NCBI GenBank assembly: GCA_018650645.1
Contig: JABIFP010000020.1
Span: 8,385 to 72,384, forward strand
From: Candidatus Magasanikiibacteriota bacterium
GTDB taxonomy: Bacteria; Patescibacteriota; Patescibacteriia; Magasanikbacterales; UBA922
Direction of reading: 5' to 3'
DNA length: 64,000 nucleotides
Shown one piece after another: positions 50,750 to 61,347 of the stretch. The notes under the pieces are model-generated. The model worked only from the letters and a program-made list of their open reading frames with translations, searched no databases and had not been told where the DNA came from. Position numbers and translations under genes: made by a program. Position 1 is the first letter of the stretch, and every line of letters begins with the position of its first letter.

Positions 50750-50998
50750 TCATCGGCATACCGAACAGGGATAGGATACCCCAAGCCGGTTCACCCTGCC
50801 GCGCCCACAGCACCTCCAACAATCCGGCCCCTCCCTGGGCTTTTTTTTCTCTGAGGTATCAGGCGTTTTCTCCCTCAGTTCATCACTCGAGAGCTCTTGG
50901 CACGAACACGTATACTCACCGCGCACACCATTCTCCTCTCGGATCCCAACCCCGCTGCCACCACAGCTGCGACATCGAGACGTGTTATATCCACCCAT
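50750..50998 (-). CDS. Small Cys-rich zinc-finger-like protein
   Basis: CRSCGGSG...CSC and CWRCCGRG...CSVC; SD AAAGGAGG. Confidence 0.65.
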   Translation of the reverse strand: MGGYNTSRCRSCGGSGVGIREENGVRGEYTCSCQELSSDELREKTPDTSEKKKPREGPDCWRCCGRGRVNRLGVSYPCSVCR

Positions 50999-51110
50999 GT
51001 AACACCTCCTTTCGGTGTATATAGATTATCTCAAATCCTACGCATTCAGTAAATAGATTGAATTCATGTAAAAAAAACGCTATTATGAACCTATATTATT
51101 AATCACGTTT

Positions 51111-51494
51111 ATGTTCAAAGAATTCAAAAAATTCGCAATCAAAGGAAATGTCATGGATATGGCAGTCGGTATCATTATTGGTGCGGCGTTTGGAAAAATT
51201 GTCAGCTCATTTGTTGCTGATGTTGTCATGCCACCAATTGGGTATATTTTAGGTGGAATCGATTTATCTCATTTACATATTGTACTTAAGGATGCAACAG
51301 AAACAGCCGCAGCCATTACCTGGAATTATGGTGCATTCTTTAATACCATAGTCGATTTTGTCATCATTGCTTTTGCCGTATTTATGATGGTCAAACAAAT
51401 GAATAAATTGCAAAAAAAGGAAGAAGCAAAACCAACAGCACCACCAGAGGATGTATTACTGCTAAGAGAAATTAGAGATGCGCTGAAAAAATAG
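51111..51494 (+). CDS. mscL: Large-conductance mechanosensitive channel
   Basis: [28 protein letters not shown]. Confidence 0.97.
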   Translation: MFKEFKKFAIKGNVMDMAVGIIIGAAFGKIVSSFVADVVMPPIGYILGGIDLSHLHIVLKDATETAAAITWNYGAFFNTIVDFVIIAFAVFMMVKQMNKLQKKEEAKPTAPPEDVLLLREIRDALKK

Positions 51495-51534
51495 CTCAAA
51501 ACAAAAAACGAGGCTGTTGCCTCGTTTTTTGTTT

Positions 51535-52926
51535 CTAAATCACTCGTAGTGTGACGGGCCTAACCATTCCCATAGAACACGATATTTTATATGTTCCCTT
51601 TTTTGGCGAACCAATATCAATAACATTCATTCCAGGTTTGAGCGCTACAAATCCATCAAACAATCCTCGCGATGCGATATAAAGTCCGCATCCTTGCATT
51701 CCCTGATTATCTACCTGAAGCTGCGCCCGCTGATTGGCGTTAATCGTCATACTACCCGTTGGTGTATAGGTAAACCCACTCGCCTTGAGTGAAACCACCT
51801 GAACTCCGTTTTGCGCAGCGGCAACTCCTTCTTCTACTGTTGCCGTGCCTACATCAGATAAACTCTTCCATCCAAGCACATTAAATTGCGCATTGATGTT
51901 GTATACCGCAAATACCACCAGGAGCATTCCCGCCACTAAAGAGAAACGCGCACGCCAATGTGGTTTAGATGATGCTTTTACTCCTGCAACACTAATTGCA
52001 AGAAGTGGAATGACTGTTCCAAGTGCAAACGCAAGCATCATGAGCGCACCGGAAATAACATTCCCGGCGGCTAGCGCAACTCCTTGTACAACAAGTGTAA
52101 ATCCACACGGAAGCAGTACGGTTGCAGCACCTATCGCTGATGGTAAACGAGATCCCTCTTTTGTTCCTGCGGCTTTTACAAATCGCTTGGGCAATGAAAT
52201 TGCAAATCGCTGTGCCCAAGATACGCCCGCCATTTGGAGCCCAATAAGCCCCATAATGACTGAGATCATCACAATAAGCGTGGCATACAGACCGGCCGAA
52301 TTGAATGTTAGGAATGATCCAAATCCACCAAGCACTGCACCAAATATGGTATACGCAAGCAAACGTCCACCATAGAATTGCATGTGCGGCAGTAGTCGCG
52401 CTTTAAGTGACGTAGCACCACCCTGCAATTCATCAAATGATTTACTTAAAGAAAGTACAATTCCTCCAATAAGTGCTGCACAGCTTGATAATCCTGCAAC
52501 AATCCCAAAGACAAAGAATACCGGCAGTGATGAACTATCGTCTAGGCTTATAAATTGCCCTATATTGCTTCTTTCAAGCAGCATTGCGGCATAGAGTACC
52601 ACTACGAAAATAGCCGGCGTAGTAAGCCGTTTTTGAAGCTGTTTCCAATCGACTTTTACTCCTTTTTGTCCTGGCACTGTATAAAGCAATGGTTCTTTCC
52701 CCTTCATTTTTTCTTGCTTTTGCAAAGAAAAGGAATACTTTTCTTTCACAAATAATCGATTTAATGATTCCACGCTTGGTCCTTCTCCCGTTACTTCAAG
52801 TCTCACCGTTCCCTGCGCCATGGAAACATCCGCTGCCGTTACATCCGTTCTTTTTAAGAGCTCTTTTTCTATTATAAGCTCACAGCTGGCACAATGCAGG
52901 CCAATTACATATAATTGTTTCATCAT
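51535..52926 (-). CDS. HMA + TauE/SafE (DsbD_2-like) + cupredoxin-like membrane protein
   Basis: GLHCASC, SSCAALIGG, LPCG, FALGT, C-terminal CSMGM. Confidence 0.85.
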   Translation of the reverse strand: MMKQLYVIGLHCASCELIIEKELLKRTDVTAADVSMAQGTVRLEVTGEGPSVESLNRLFVKEKYSFSLQKQEKMKGKEPLLYTVPGQKGVKVDWKQLQKRLTTPAIFVVVLYAAMLLERSNIGQFISLDDSSSLPVFFVFGIVAGLSSCAALIGGIVLSLSKSFDELQGGATSLKARLLPHMQFYGGRLLAYTIFGAVLGGFGSFLTFNSAGLYATLIVMISVIMGLIGLQMAGVSWAQRFAISLPKRFVKAAGTKEGSRLPSAIGAATVLLPCGFTLVVQGVALAAGNVISGALMMLAFALGTVIPLLAISVAGVKASSKPHWRARFSLVAGMLLVVFAVYNINAQFNVLGWKSLSDVGTATVEEGVAAAQNGVQVVSLKASGFTYTPTGSMTINANQRAQLQVDNQGMQGCGLYIASRGLFDGFVALKPGMNVIDIGSPKKGTYKISCSMGMVRPVTLRVI

Positions 52927-52928
52927 AT

Positions 52929-55265
52929 TTATTGTACTAGATTACTGAGCACCACAACTGCGCTAATGGCAATTGCAATGAAAAGAAAAAATCGAACATC
53001 AGAGGCATTTTTGTTCTGCATGGTAAGCGATTTGAGACGAACTGAATTCATCACAACAGAGACTGAGCTAAACGCCATTGCGGCTCCAGCGATAGCCGGA
53101 GAAAGCAGTAGCCCAAAACTGTACAGCACACCTGCCGCAAATGGAATCGCGAGCACGTTGTACCCAAATGCCCAGAACAAATTTTGTTTTATTACACGCA
53201 ATGTCAGTTTTGATAGGCCAATAGTATGCGCTACTTTTTCTACCGATCCTTCAATCAGCACAACATCTCCAGATGCAATAGCTACATCCGTTCCGGTTCC
53301 CATCGCAATTCCTACGTCGCTTGCAGCAAGCGCTGGTGCGTCATTAATTCCATCTCCTACCATGGCAACGGAACCATACACTTTTTGTAGACGCACTATA
53401 TGCTTTGCTTTTTCAGCTGGAAGCACCTCAGCAATAACTGTATCGATTCCTAATTCTTCTGCAACCACAGCTGCACTCGTTTGATTGTCTCCTGTCAGGA
53501 TCGCTGTCTTTACTCCCATTGATTGCAGCTGCGCAATACTCGTTTTGGCAGATGTCTTTGGCGTATCAAACAGCGCAAACGATGCTACATGCATCTTACC
53601 AATAGCCATATGCACAAGTGTTTGCCCTTTTGTTTTTGCAAAGGTGGCGATTTCGCTCACAATATCTATTCCTTTCTCCTTCATAAGTCTTGGATTCCCG
53701 ATTGCAACGCGTTTATTGGCATGCATAGCAACTACACCCATTCCTTCCATGTTTTTGAATCCAGATACCGTTACTTTTTTTGCTCCATCTGTAAACGCGG
53801 CAATAGCATCTGATATAGGATGCTCACTGAGTGATTCAACAGCATGAGCAATAGCGTGTAGCTCTTCTTCTTTTGCATCCTTAGCGAACTGCGCTGCCGT
53901 TACTTTAGGTGTTCCGTTTGTAAGCGTCCCTGTTTTATCAAAGACAACCATGTTTAGTGTGTGTGCATGTGCTAATGCTCGTGCATCTTTAATCAGAATT
54001 CCCTGCCCTGCCGCTTTTCCTGTTCCAACCATAATAGCTGTAGGGGTTGCCAGGCCTAAAGCACATGGGCAAGCAATAATTAACACTGACGTTGCAATAT
54101 AAAATGCGAGTTCTATTGATCCGCTTTGCGCAATAAATGCCCAAAAAACAAATGTCAGAACTGCAATTGCAATAACTACCGGCACAAAGATTCTTGAAAT
54201 TTTATCTGCCAGTTTCTGAATCGGCGCCCGAGAACCCTGCGCTTCTTGTACAAGCAAAATGATTTGTGCAAGTAAAGTATCTTTTCCAACCTTTGTTGCC
54301 TTCATTACAATAGACGAGGTCTTATTAATGGTAGCACCAATAACATCAGCCTTTACCGCTTTACTCACAGGAAGCGATTCGCCCGTTACCATAGATTCAT
54401 CAATCGTCGTTTCTCCTTCCGCAATGACTCCATCCACAGGAATTTTTTCTCCTGGCCGCACACGAATCATGTCGCCAGCTACAACTTCTTCTACCGGCAC
54501 TTGTATTTCTTTCCCATTCTTTATAACACTAGCCGTTTTTGCTCCAAGTGAAAGCAGTGCCTTCATTGCAGCACTCGCTTGCCCTTTTGCTTTCGCTTCC
54601 AAAAGCCTTCCAATCAGAATAAAGAGCACAATAAAGACCGCCGCTTCATAAAAGACATCTACCTTCACACTTCCAAATGCATCCGGGAAAAATGTTACCA
54701 CCGTAGAAAATGCCCACGCAGTAAATGTTCCCATGGCAATAAGTGTATCCATGTTTGCCGCCTTGCCTTTAATCGCTTTAAACGCACTGACAAAGAATGT
54801 TTTTCCTCCAATAAATAAAATTGGGGTTGCAACAAAAAACTGCAACAAGAAAAAGATATTGATCGATCCAGACATGCCGAGTGGTGCGTGTGACATTGGG
54901 GTTCCTGTTACTCCAGCATATAACATGCGAGCCATAATAATGGCAAACGGAATAGCAGCTACCGCAATAACTCTCACACGAGTACGTAATAGTGTATATT
55001 CTTTTGCTTTAAGCGCATCAGCATCATGAGCCGAATTGCTGTTATCTTGTTTAGGAATAACCAGCGTATAATCGCCTACTTCTGCCACATGCGCAGCAAT
55101 TTGTTCTACAGTCAGTTTCGTTTCATCAAACGTAATAAGCATTGATTCTGCAGCATAATTAATGCTCACAGATTGCACGCCGGCAACCTCGGTAAGCGCA
55201 TCTTCAATGCGCGCTTTGCAACTGGCACAGTGCATGCCAACAAGTGGATATGTTTGTTTATTCAT
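52929..55265 (-). CDS. copA: Copper-translocating P1B ATPase
   Basis: [40 protein letters not shown]. Confidence 0.95.
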   Translation of the reverse strand: MNKQTYPLVGMHCASCKARIEDALTEVAGVQSVSINYAAESMLITFDETKLTVEQIAAHVAEVGDYTLVIPKQDNSNSAHDADALKAKEYTLLRTRVRVIAVAAIPFAIIMARMLYAGVTGTPMSHAPLGMSGSINIFFLLQFFVATPILFIGGKTFFVSAFKAIKGKAANMDTLIAMGTFTAWAFSTVVTFFPDAFGSVKVDVFYEAAVFIVLFILIGRLLEAKAKGQASAAMKALLSLGAKTASVIKNGKEIQVPVEEVVAGDMIRVRPGEKIPVDGVIAEGETTIDESMVTGESLPVSKAVKADVIGATINKTSSIVMKATKVGKDTLLAQIILLVQEAQGSRAPIQKLADKISRIFVPVVIAIAVLTFVFWAFIAQSGSIELAFYIATSVLIIACPCALGLATPTAIMVGTGKAAGQGILIKDARALAHAHTLNMVVFDKTGTLTNGTPKVTAAQFAKDAKEEELHAIAHAVESLSEHPISDAIAAFTDGAKKVTVSGFKNMEGMGVVAMHANKRVAIGNPRLMKEKGIDIVSEIATFAKTKGQTLVHMAIGKMHVASFALFDTPKTSAKTSIAQLQSMGVKTAILTGDNQTSAAVVAEELGIDTVIAEVLPAEKAKHIVRLQKVYGSVAMVGDGINDAPALAASDVGIAMGTGTDVAIASGDVVLIEGSVEKVAHTIGLSKLTLRVIKQNLFWAFGYNVLAIPFAAGVLYSFGLLLSPAIAGAAMAFSSVSVVMNSVRLKSLTMQNKNASDVRFFLFIAIAISAVVVLSNLVQ

Positions 55266-55301
55266 AAAGTCAATAATAATAAATAGTAGCAGCTACTTCT
55301 A

Positions 55302-55718
55302 CTACCATGACTTTGGATGAAGAATTCCTATACGAAAAAGTTGAGAGAGCCAATTACCTGGAGGGGATGTCGCCAAAAACTTCATGAGGCTCGGTAATTG
55401 CCACTTTCTATAATACAGTTGATTTTTTTGACATGTATACGTGCTTGCAAGAACAAGTAAGAGTAGCGTAAAGAGCTGCACCGTTTGTGCCCCCATCGCT
55501 GTACCAGCATCGTGAAATGCGGCCATAATCTTACCAGGCTGCTCCGAATTACTTTGTGCAATTGTGCAACACGCATGCGCACTCATGTCCATTTGTGAAT
55601 CGCCCATATCCATTGCCATCACATGCCCTGTCATACCCAAACCAACACCGGCACAAGAAAGCGCCAGCATGATTACTATACTCAAAGCTAATAGTCTTTT
55701 CTTCATTCTATGATTCAT
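55302..55718 (-). CDS. Met/His/Cys-rich exported hypothetical protein upstream of copA
   Basis: Signal-like N terminus, HVMAMDM...MDMSAHACC, second hydrophobic stretch, ends GILHPKSW. Confidence 0.65.
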   Translation of the reverse strand: MNHRMKKRLLALSIVIMLALSCAGVGLGMTGHVMAMDMGDSQMDMSAHACCTIAQSNSEQPGKIMAAFHDAGTAMGAQTVQLFTLLLLVLASTYTCQKNQLYYRKWQLPSLMKFLATSPPGNWLSQLFRIGILHPKSW

Positions 55719-55792
55719 ATGGACATATCATAGCATGAAGAGAATAAAACAAAAAATGAGGCATATGCCTCATTTTTTGCTTACATTCGTTG

Positions 55793-56803
55793 TTATTGTT
55801 TCACGATTCTGATTCCTGCTCGTTTAGCAGCACTATGGTAGTAGTCATACTTTACCGCGTAGGTAGCATCATCGTATGTGAAATAGTGGGTCTTGCCACT
55901 ATATAGTGTGTATACGTGTGTCTTACCTGCATTGATTCGGTATGATACGTAGTTTTTATTTACACTTTTAAGTTTGATGGTTAATCCACTTTCGTGCCAA
56001 ATGACATCATTTGAACATGCTTCGTAGAGTCCATCATCACCGGCACTATCACCACATGAAAATGTTTGTGATACTACTGGTGTTTTTTTAACCGGTGCTT
56101 TCTTGAACACTGGTTGTTTTTTCTTTGGCGTATATGTGCGTTTCTTTGTAACCACACGCTCACTTGTTTTTGTTTTCACAATGGTAAGTGAATCGAGTTC
56201 TTCAGAAAGCATAGTGTTTCCGTAGTCGATAGAAATTTTCGCCATTGGACGAGCGGTCTTGAACGCAATAAATGCGTAGTCTGTGTTTTTCACGTTTCTT
56301 TGCGTGATAACACCAAGTCGCTTTCCTTTTCTATCATAAGCGCGAATTCGCGCTACAGTATTTCCATTACCATTGGCAATGTGGAATCCAACCATATCTA
56401 CGTCGTCTTTGAAATTCATCCAAAGTGCACGATTTTTACTGGTTTTTGGATATACCGCACTATTGGTAATCGACATACTTCCTGATGCTGCCGGAGCATC
56501 ACCACGATTGTAGTCGTTAATAGTGAAAACTTTTGAACCAGATCCATAGAATTTCACACCATGTGAATTCCAGTATTTGGTTTCGACATTTTCACCTGTG
56601 TAGGTATCTTCAAAATCAATTGAGACACCGCTCATACCGAACAGCGTAGTTGCTGAGACGATACTTACACTATTCATGCCACTTGAGACGTAAGCACGAT
56701 TATTTGTAGAAGAATGAGATGCATGTACAGGATGTACAGCTGTTAGTACCGTAAGAGCCGAAATGGCAATTGCAGTCGCTAACGAGACAAGTCTTTTTTG
56801 CAT
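55793..56803 (-). CDS. Secreted hypothetical protein
   Basis: Signal peptide (VHA-S), beta-rich domains, K/P/T-rich linker. Confidence 0.75.
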   Translation of the reverse strand: MQKRLVSLATAIAISALTVLTAVHPVHASHSSTNNRAYVSSGMNSVSIVSATTLFGMSGVSIDFEDTYTGENVETKYWNSHGVKFYGSGSKVFTINDYNRGDAPAASGSMSITNSAVYPKTSKNRALWMNFKDDVDMVGFHIANGNGNTVARIRAYDRKGKRLGVITQRNVKNTDYAFIAFKTARPMAKISIDYGNTMLSEELDSLTIVKTKTSERVVTKKRTYTPKKKQPVFKKAPVKKTPVVSQTFSCGDSAGDDGLYEACSNDVIWHESGLTIKLKSVNKNYVSYRINAGKTHVYTLYSGKTHYFTYDDATYAVKYDYYHSAAKRAGIRIVKQ

Positions 56804-56922
56804 AGCTTTTGTTTAGCTAAATAACGGCGTACTATAACACAAAAAAGCCCTTTTGTCAAGGCTTTTCTGTGTGTTTTGTGTTGTTTTTTGGCTAGGTTGA
56901 GCTATTTCTATGAATAGGCTAA

Positions 56923-57471
56923 TTACTCAATTCGTACTCCATGCAGGAATACCATCAAGTTATCCCAATCGGATAGGTCCATATTCTCCCAACCTGGGAA
57001 AAAGAGGAATCGATGTCCCTTTTGTACTATATATATGTGTGAACTAACATATACATCATTCTCTGACGGATATGGAGAGAGATACGTATAGAGAACGTCA
57101 TAGATATTCTCTTCAATCATGGTAATTTCAATTTCTGCATCATTACTTCCATACCGCTGATCTACCGCCATTTCGATATTCTCGGCAATCTCATAATTGA
57201 TGGTCGTAAATGGAAAGAATTCGTTTGGAATCCCATTTGGCCCATGGATCAATGATGGCGTTGCCTTGAATTCATCTGGAATAAGGTATGAAATACCTTC
57301 CTGCTTAAAATTCTCTTGATGCCACCCTAGTGGGACTTCCCTATTTTTAATTTCTTCCTCTACTACTACAGTCCTTTCAGCCTGATACTGTGCAACACTT
57401 CCTTTTACATAATACCCCGCTCCAAATCCCACCAATACTGCCAAAAGCAGCAAGTATTTTTTACTCTTCAT
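56923..57471 (-). CDS. Hypothetical membrane-anchored protein
   Basis: N-terminal TM; 182 aa ORF. Confidence 0.7.
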   Translation of the reverse strand: MKSKKYLLLLAVLVGFGAGYYVKGSVAQYQAERTVVVEEEIKNREVPLGWHQENFKQEGISYLIPDEFKATPSLIHGPNGIPNEFFPFTTINYEIAENIEMAVDQRYGSNDAEIEITMIEENIYDVLYTYLSPYPSENDVYVSSHIYIVQKGHRFLFFPGWENMDLSDWDNLMVFLHGVRIE

Positions 57472-57544
57472 ATATTATAGTTATATAAGTTACATATACT
57501 TAATCCTATATGTGGTTTTTCGTCAAGCGGCTTAGTACATCCAC

Positions 57545-58615
57545 CTACAGCGAATTAGCCACTACCTCTGGCATCTGCTCCACCCGCTCCACCCAAAACG
57601 TCTCTCTACCCAAAATCTGCCCAAACGACGTCTCTACCTGTACTCGATACTTCCCTGCTCGCGGAGATCTATCAAAAGAATACCCGCGGAACCCTTCTTT
57701 TCTGCCTCCATATATAGGATACGTGATTTTCCCATCAGAAACCCAGCTATCAGTCTGCTCATTCCACCTATACCAATGATGCACAATATCTGCTGTCAGC
57801 TTCCCCGGCGCAACTATTGAGGTAAATACATATACTGGACCATTTTGCACATGCACAGTCTTTTTAAATGAAAGCTTCTGCATGAATGACTGCTTTTCTT
57901 CTTGGACGAGGTATGCATTCCCCTGCCGCTCGACGCTGTGATACACGCCGCTATGATATACAGAAAGCGGCACTGGAGGAATCGCATTAGCTAAATACAG
58001 CCCTCCCATACATAAAAATAATATTCCCATTATATACACGATCCCATACTGCACCTGCGCAACTCGCGGTGATCTGTTTCTGAGTAGCCAAATGATAAGC
58101 CACACAAATGCCATGGCGAGCGCACCCGAAACAAAAAACCATGCAGGGTGAATCGATCCAACAAAAAATGGTAGCGCAACTGCTAAACTTAAAAAAACTG
58201 CAATATAGAGTAATGGAAAATGAACAAGTGGCCAAACATACGCATGTGCCAATCGCTCGTTTGATACCATAAGCAGCACTACTAACAGTAACAGCGGCCA
58301 TGAAGCAGAAAGTGCGCTACTAAACGAGTAAAATATAAGTGCCCCACTCAGCAGTGCACCAAAACTAAATTGTAAAAAAAATGGAACCGCTCGTCTGAGC
58401 TTCCCTAGCCGTCCTTCTTCAGCAACCAAATGGATAATACTGATAGCGAGAACAACGATACCTACATGTGCTGTGAGCACCCAAAGTGCACTCGTTAACG
58501 ACACTGTGCGAAATGTAATGATATCAACAATAAACCCAAGCACAAGCATGGCCGGTAAATAATACCGCTCATTTTTTTTGTAATATGCTATGGATTTTTG
58601 GATGGCTTGTTTCAT
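57545..58615 (-). CDS. DUF2914 domain membrane protein
   Basis: Multi-TM N terminus, IPPVPL, GGRKEGFRGYS, GKYRVQVET. Confidence 0.8.
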   Translation of the reverse strand: MKQAIQKSIAYYKKNERYYLPAMLVLGFIVDIITFRTVSLTSALWVLTAHVGIVVLAISIIHLVAEEGRLGKLRRAVPFFLQFSFGALLSGALIFYSFSSALSASWPLLLLVVLLMVSNERLAHAYVWPLVHFPLLYIAVFLSLAVALPFFVGSIHPAWFFVSGALAMAFVWLIIWLLRNRSPRVAQVQYGIVYIMGILFLCMGGLYLANAIPPVPLSVYHSGVYHSVERQGNAYLVQEEKQSFMQKLSFKKTVHVQNGPVYVFTSIVAPGKLTADIVHHWYRWNEQTDSWVSDGKITYPIYGGRKEGFRGYSFDRSPRAGKYRVQVETSFGQILGRETFWVERVEQMPEVVANSL

Positions 58616-58655
58616 GTATCTATAATAGCATAAAATGAATATTTATTTCTTACCC

Positions 58656-58684
58656 TTGACATGAGCACTTTTTTTTGGTACATT
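58656..58684 (+). promoter_or_regulatory. sigma70-type promoter
   Basis: TTGACA-N17-TACATT. Confidence 0.7.
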
Positions 58685-58720
58685 CTTTTGTCCGCACTAG
58701 AGCGGGCAAGGAGAATGCTG

Positions 58721-58867
58721 ATGGGTATCCGATACCCGATGTGTAAGTTCTGTTTTAGCACCACCGGCAAGCATGCGGACGATTGTCCCTTGAAGCAACG
58801 GAAGCCGTCGATCTCTCTGATCCTGACGGTTGGTGCCATTAGTCTTGTCGTGATCAAGCTCGCATAG
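58721..58867 (+). CDS. Small protein (48 aa) with CxxC...H...C motif and C-terminal TM
   Basis: SD AAGGAG, own promoter, 5' hairpin TTGTCCGC/GCGGGCAA. Confidence 0.6.
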   Translation: MGIRYPMCKFCFSTTGKHADDCPLKQRKPSISLILTVGAISLVVIKLA

Positions 58868-58963
58868 CGCTAGCTGACACGCACCTTGCACAACTCCGTA
58901 GCCGACTGCGAACACCGCGGTCGGCATTGATTAAAAGCACACCAGTTTCCTGGTGTGCTTTTA

Positions 58964-59163
58964 TTTGAGCCATCATCGGGAATTTCACGTCGGCTTTTCA
59001 GCCTCTCCAATGGGGCTTCCGCCCCCTATGGCGCTCAACTCTTCGGTTTCACTGTTACCCCCACAGCAAAAGTGGGAAACTATCGTTTCCCAAACCCTTC
59101 CCGCTTCAATCTCTTGCAGTAGAGCAAAATCATAAAAGCACACTTCTCGTGTGCCTTTATGAT
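58964..59163 (-). mobile_element. 200-bp palindromic mini-element ending in duplicated tRNA-Thr 3' end
   Basis: 21-bp direct repeat TTTGAGCCATCATCGGGAATT at 58964 and 59164. Confidence 0.65.
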
Positions 59164-59167
59164 TTTG

Positions 59168-59240
59168 AGCCATCATCGGGAATTGAACCCGAGACCTCAG
59201 CCTTACCATGGCTGCGCTCTACCAACTGAGCTATGATGGC
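59168..59240 (-). tRNA. tRNA-Thr(GGT), CCA not encoded
   Basis: GCCATCA/TGATGGC acceptor, CAGCC-ATGGTAA-GGCTG, GGTTCAATTCC. Confidence 0.97.
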
Positions 59241-59284
59241 TTGATGTGCCAGCAGTATACACGGCACAAGCTCACTCGTCAATG

Positions 59285-60358
59285 CTACCCCTTCTGCATT
59301 TTCACAACCTGCGTTGGGTATGCAAACTCGATTCCTTTTTTCTTTAACGCCTCATGCAGCTCCATATGAATGTGCTGCCTAATATCCATGTACACGCCAT
59401 AATCTGCCTTTTCTACATGATACACCACCTCAAAGTTTAAGCTTGATTCTCCGTACTCAAAGAAGTGAGCACGGCCAAAAGTTGCCCCTTTTGTTTTATC
59501 AATAATCACCTTTATCATTTCTGGTACTGCAGCAATTTTTGCTTTTGATGTTTCGTATATGATTCCAAAAGTAAATACATCACGTCGACGTTTCATTTTT
59601 TTGTAATTCTGCACAGTAGAAGACGTCAGTTCTCTATTTGGAATAATCAATTCTGATCCCTTTAGTGTTTGCAATCGACTCGTTTTCAGTCCAATATGCT
59701 GTACGGTTCCAGAATTTTCTCCCACAATAATAAAGTCACCAACTTGAAACGGTTTATCAATCAAGAGTGAAAACGAACTAAACAAATCGCCCAAAATATT
59801 TTGAAGCGCAAGCGCAATAGCAATACCACCTATCCCTAAGCTTGCAATAAGTGAGGTAACATTAAAGCCACTGTTTGAAAGAATCAGCAGAATTGCCATA
59901 CCCCAAAGAGCTGCAGAAATAACAACGCGAACAAATCGCAGCATGGTCCCAATTTGTGCAGCCTGCTCCTTATTTTTTTCTTGCTTCTGATGCAGGTACT
60001 GTTCTAGCGCTGCAACGAAAAAAGCATTAATGGCACGTATAATTCCATATGCAATACCTATATACGCAAACCCTTCTAACGTTCGCTCTATCCAGTGCAC
60101 AAGGGCAAGCGGTCTCATTGCTACAAGTATTGCCACACCCAAATAAAACAGTGAACTAAGCTGCCCTATCGCAGTAATAGCCATATCGTCTATATGCGTT
60201 TTTGTATGCGATGCCATTTTATGAATTCTTCCAATGACCACTTTCTTTACAATATGCACCAATAGTAGAACAATACAGAACAATCCGATTGCCTTAGCAT
60301 ATGTAAGAACATCATTACCCCAATACGTATCTGATATGAAAAATGGAGCCTGCCACAT
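59285..60358 (-). CDS. mscS: Small-conductance mechanosensitive channel family
   Basis: SLGIGGIAIALALQ, DKPFQVGD, IPN, IEFAYPT. Confidence 0.93.
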   Translation of the reverse strand: MWQAPFFISDTYWGNDVLTYAKAIGLFCIVLLLVHIVKKVVIGRIHKMASHTKTHIDDMAITAIGQLSSLFYLGVAILVAMRPLALVHWIERTLEGFAYIGIAYGIIRAINAFFVAALEQYLHQKQEKNKEQAAQIGTMLRFVRVVISAALWGMAILLILSNSGFNVTSLIASLGIGGIAIALALQNILGDLFSSFSLLIDKPFQVGDFIIVGENSGTVQHIGLKTSRLQTLKGSELIIPNRELTSSTVQNYKKMKRRRDVFTFGIIYETSKAKIAAVPEMIKVIIDKTKGATFGRAHFFEYGESSLNFEVVYHVEKADYGVYMDIRQHIHMELHEALKKKGIEFAYPTQVVKMQKG

Positions 60359-60479
60359 AATGGATATTTGTTATGATTATGCGAAAATTATACCACAAGC
60401 AAGCAAGGTTTGATATCATTTGCGCCTGTACATATTGCTGTTATACTCAAGAGAGACAACTATTCATTATATACAGGCT

Positions 60480-60935
60480 ATGCAACTCACCGGAAAAAAG
60501 GCACCTGCACTTACATTGCAAGATCAAGATGGCGTTTCTATCTCATTAGCCGATTATTTAGGCAAAAAAGTACTTCTCTATTTTTACCCAAAAGATGACA
60601 CTCCAGGCTGCACAAAAGAAGCCTGTAATTTTAGAGATCGATTAAATGAATTACAACAGCACGGTGTACAAGTACTTGGCGTCAGTAAAGATTCAGTCAC
60701 ATCGCATAAAGCTTTTGCAGACAAATTTCAGTTAAATTTCCCGCTTCTTTCTGACGAATCAACTGATACGATTCAAGCGTATGGTGTATGGAAGGAAAAA
60801 TCGATGTTTGGAAAAACGTATATGGGTATTTCACGCGATTCTTTTTTGATTGATGAAACTGGTGTCGTGCAAAAACACTATCATAAAGTAAAACCTGCAA
60901 AGCATGTAGATGAGGTTATAAAAGACCTTACCTAA
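60480..60935 (+). CDS. bcp: Thioredoxin-dependent peroxiredoxin Bcp
   Basis: YFYPKDDTPGCTKEAC.FRD. Confidence 0.95.
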   Translation: MQLTGKKAPALTLQDQDGVSISLADYLGKKVLLYFYPKDDTPGCTKEACNFRDRLNELQQHGVQVLGVSKDSVTSHKAFADKFQLNFPLLSDESTDTIQAYGVWKEKSMFGKTYMGISRDSFLIDETGVVQKHYHKVKPAKHVDEVIKDLT

Positions 60936-61008
60936 ATAAAAGAAGACACAACCGAAATGTGTCTTCTTTTATTTCCTCCTTTTTACGTTAATTTGCTCGG
61001 ACAGATCA

Positions 61009-61347
61009 CTAGTGCAGCATCCTCTGAACTGTCCTGATAATCTGCCAGCCCTGCGGCTCATTGAAGAGCGCACCTTGCGGATACTCCTCCGCCATGTACA
61101 TCTGGTATAGCGCGCGCTCCAGCGCACTGCGCGAGTCTTCATCACTAACCCACGAAACGACCTGCTCCCTGTTCAAAAAGCTATCGTCGATGATGGCGTG
61201 GCAACCGATCAACCTATCCATCCAAGTTGGAAGCCCTCGCCGCTGACAAGGCACAAACGGCCGTGTCCAGAGCTCGATACGAAACAACTCCCCATTATCG
61301 AGGTCGCCTTCATGCGGTACATACGCGAGTACGAATGCTGCCGCCAT
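61009..61347 (-). CDS. GC-rich orphan hypothetical protein
   Basis: SD AAGGGAGG before ATG 61347; 112 aa. Confidence 0.6.
   Translation of the reverse strand: MAAAFVLAYVPHEGDLDNGELFRIELWTRPFVPCQRRGLPTWMDRLIGCHAIIDDSFLNREQVVSWVSDEDSRSALERALYQMYMAEEYPQGALFNEPQGWQIIRTVQRMLH

Noticed and set aside
50629-50784. 52-aa N-terminal extension of TypA in the ORF track
   Set aside because: It spans the typA promoter and the neighbouring gene; conserved start is MDIRN at 50628.
58985-59209. 74-aa ORF across tRNA-Thr and the mini-element
   Set aside because: Starts inside the tRNA; spurious.
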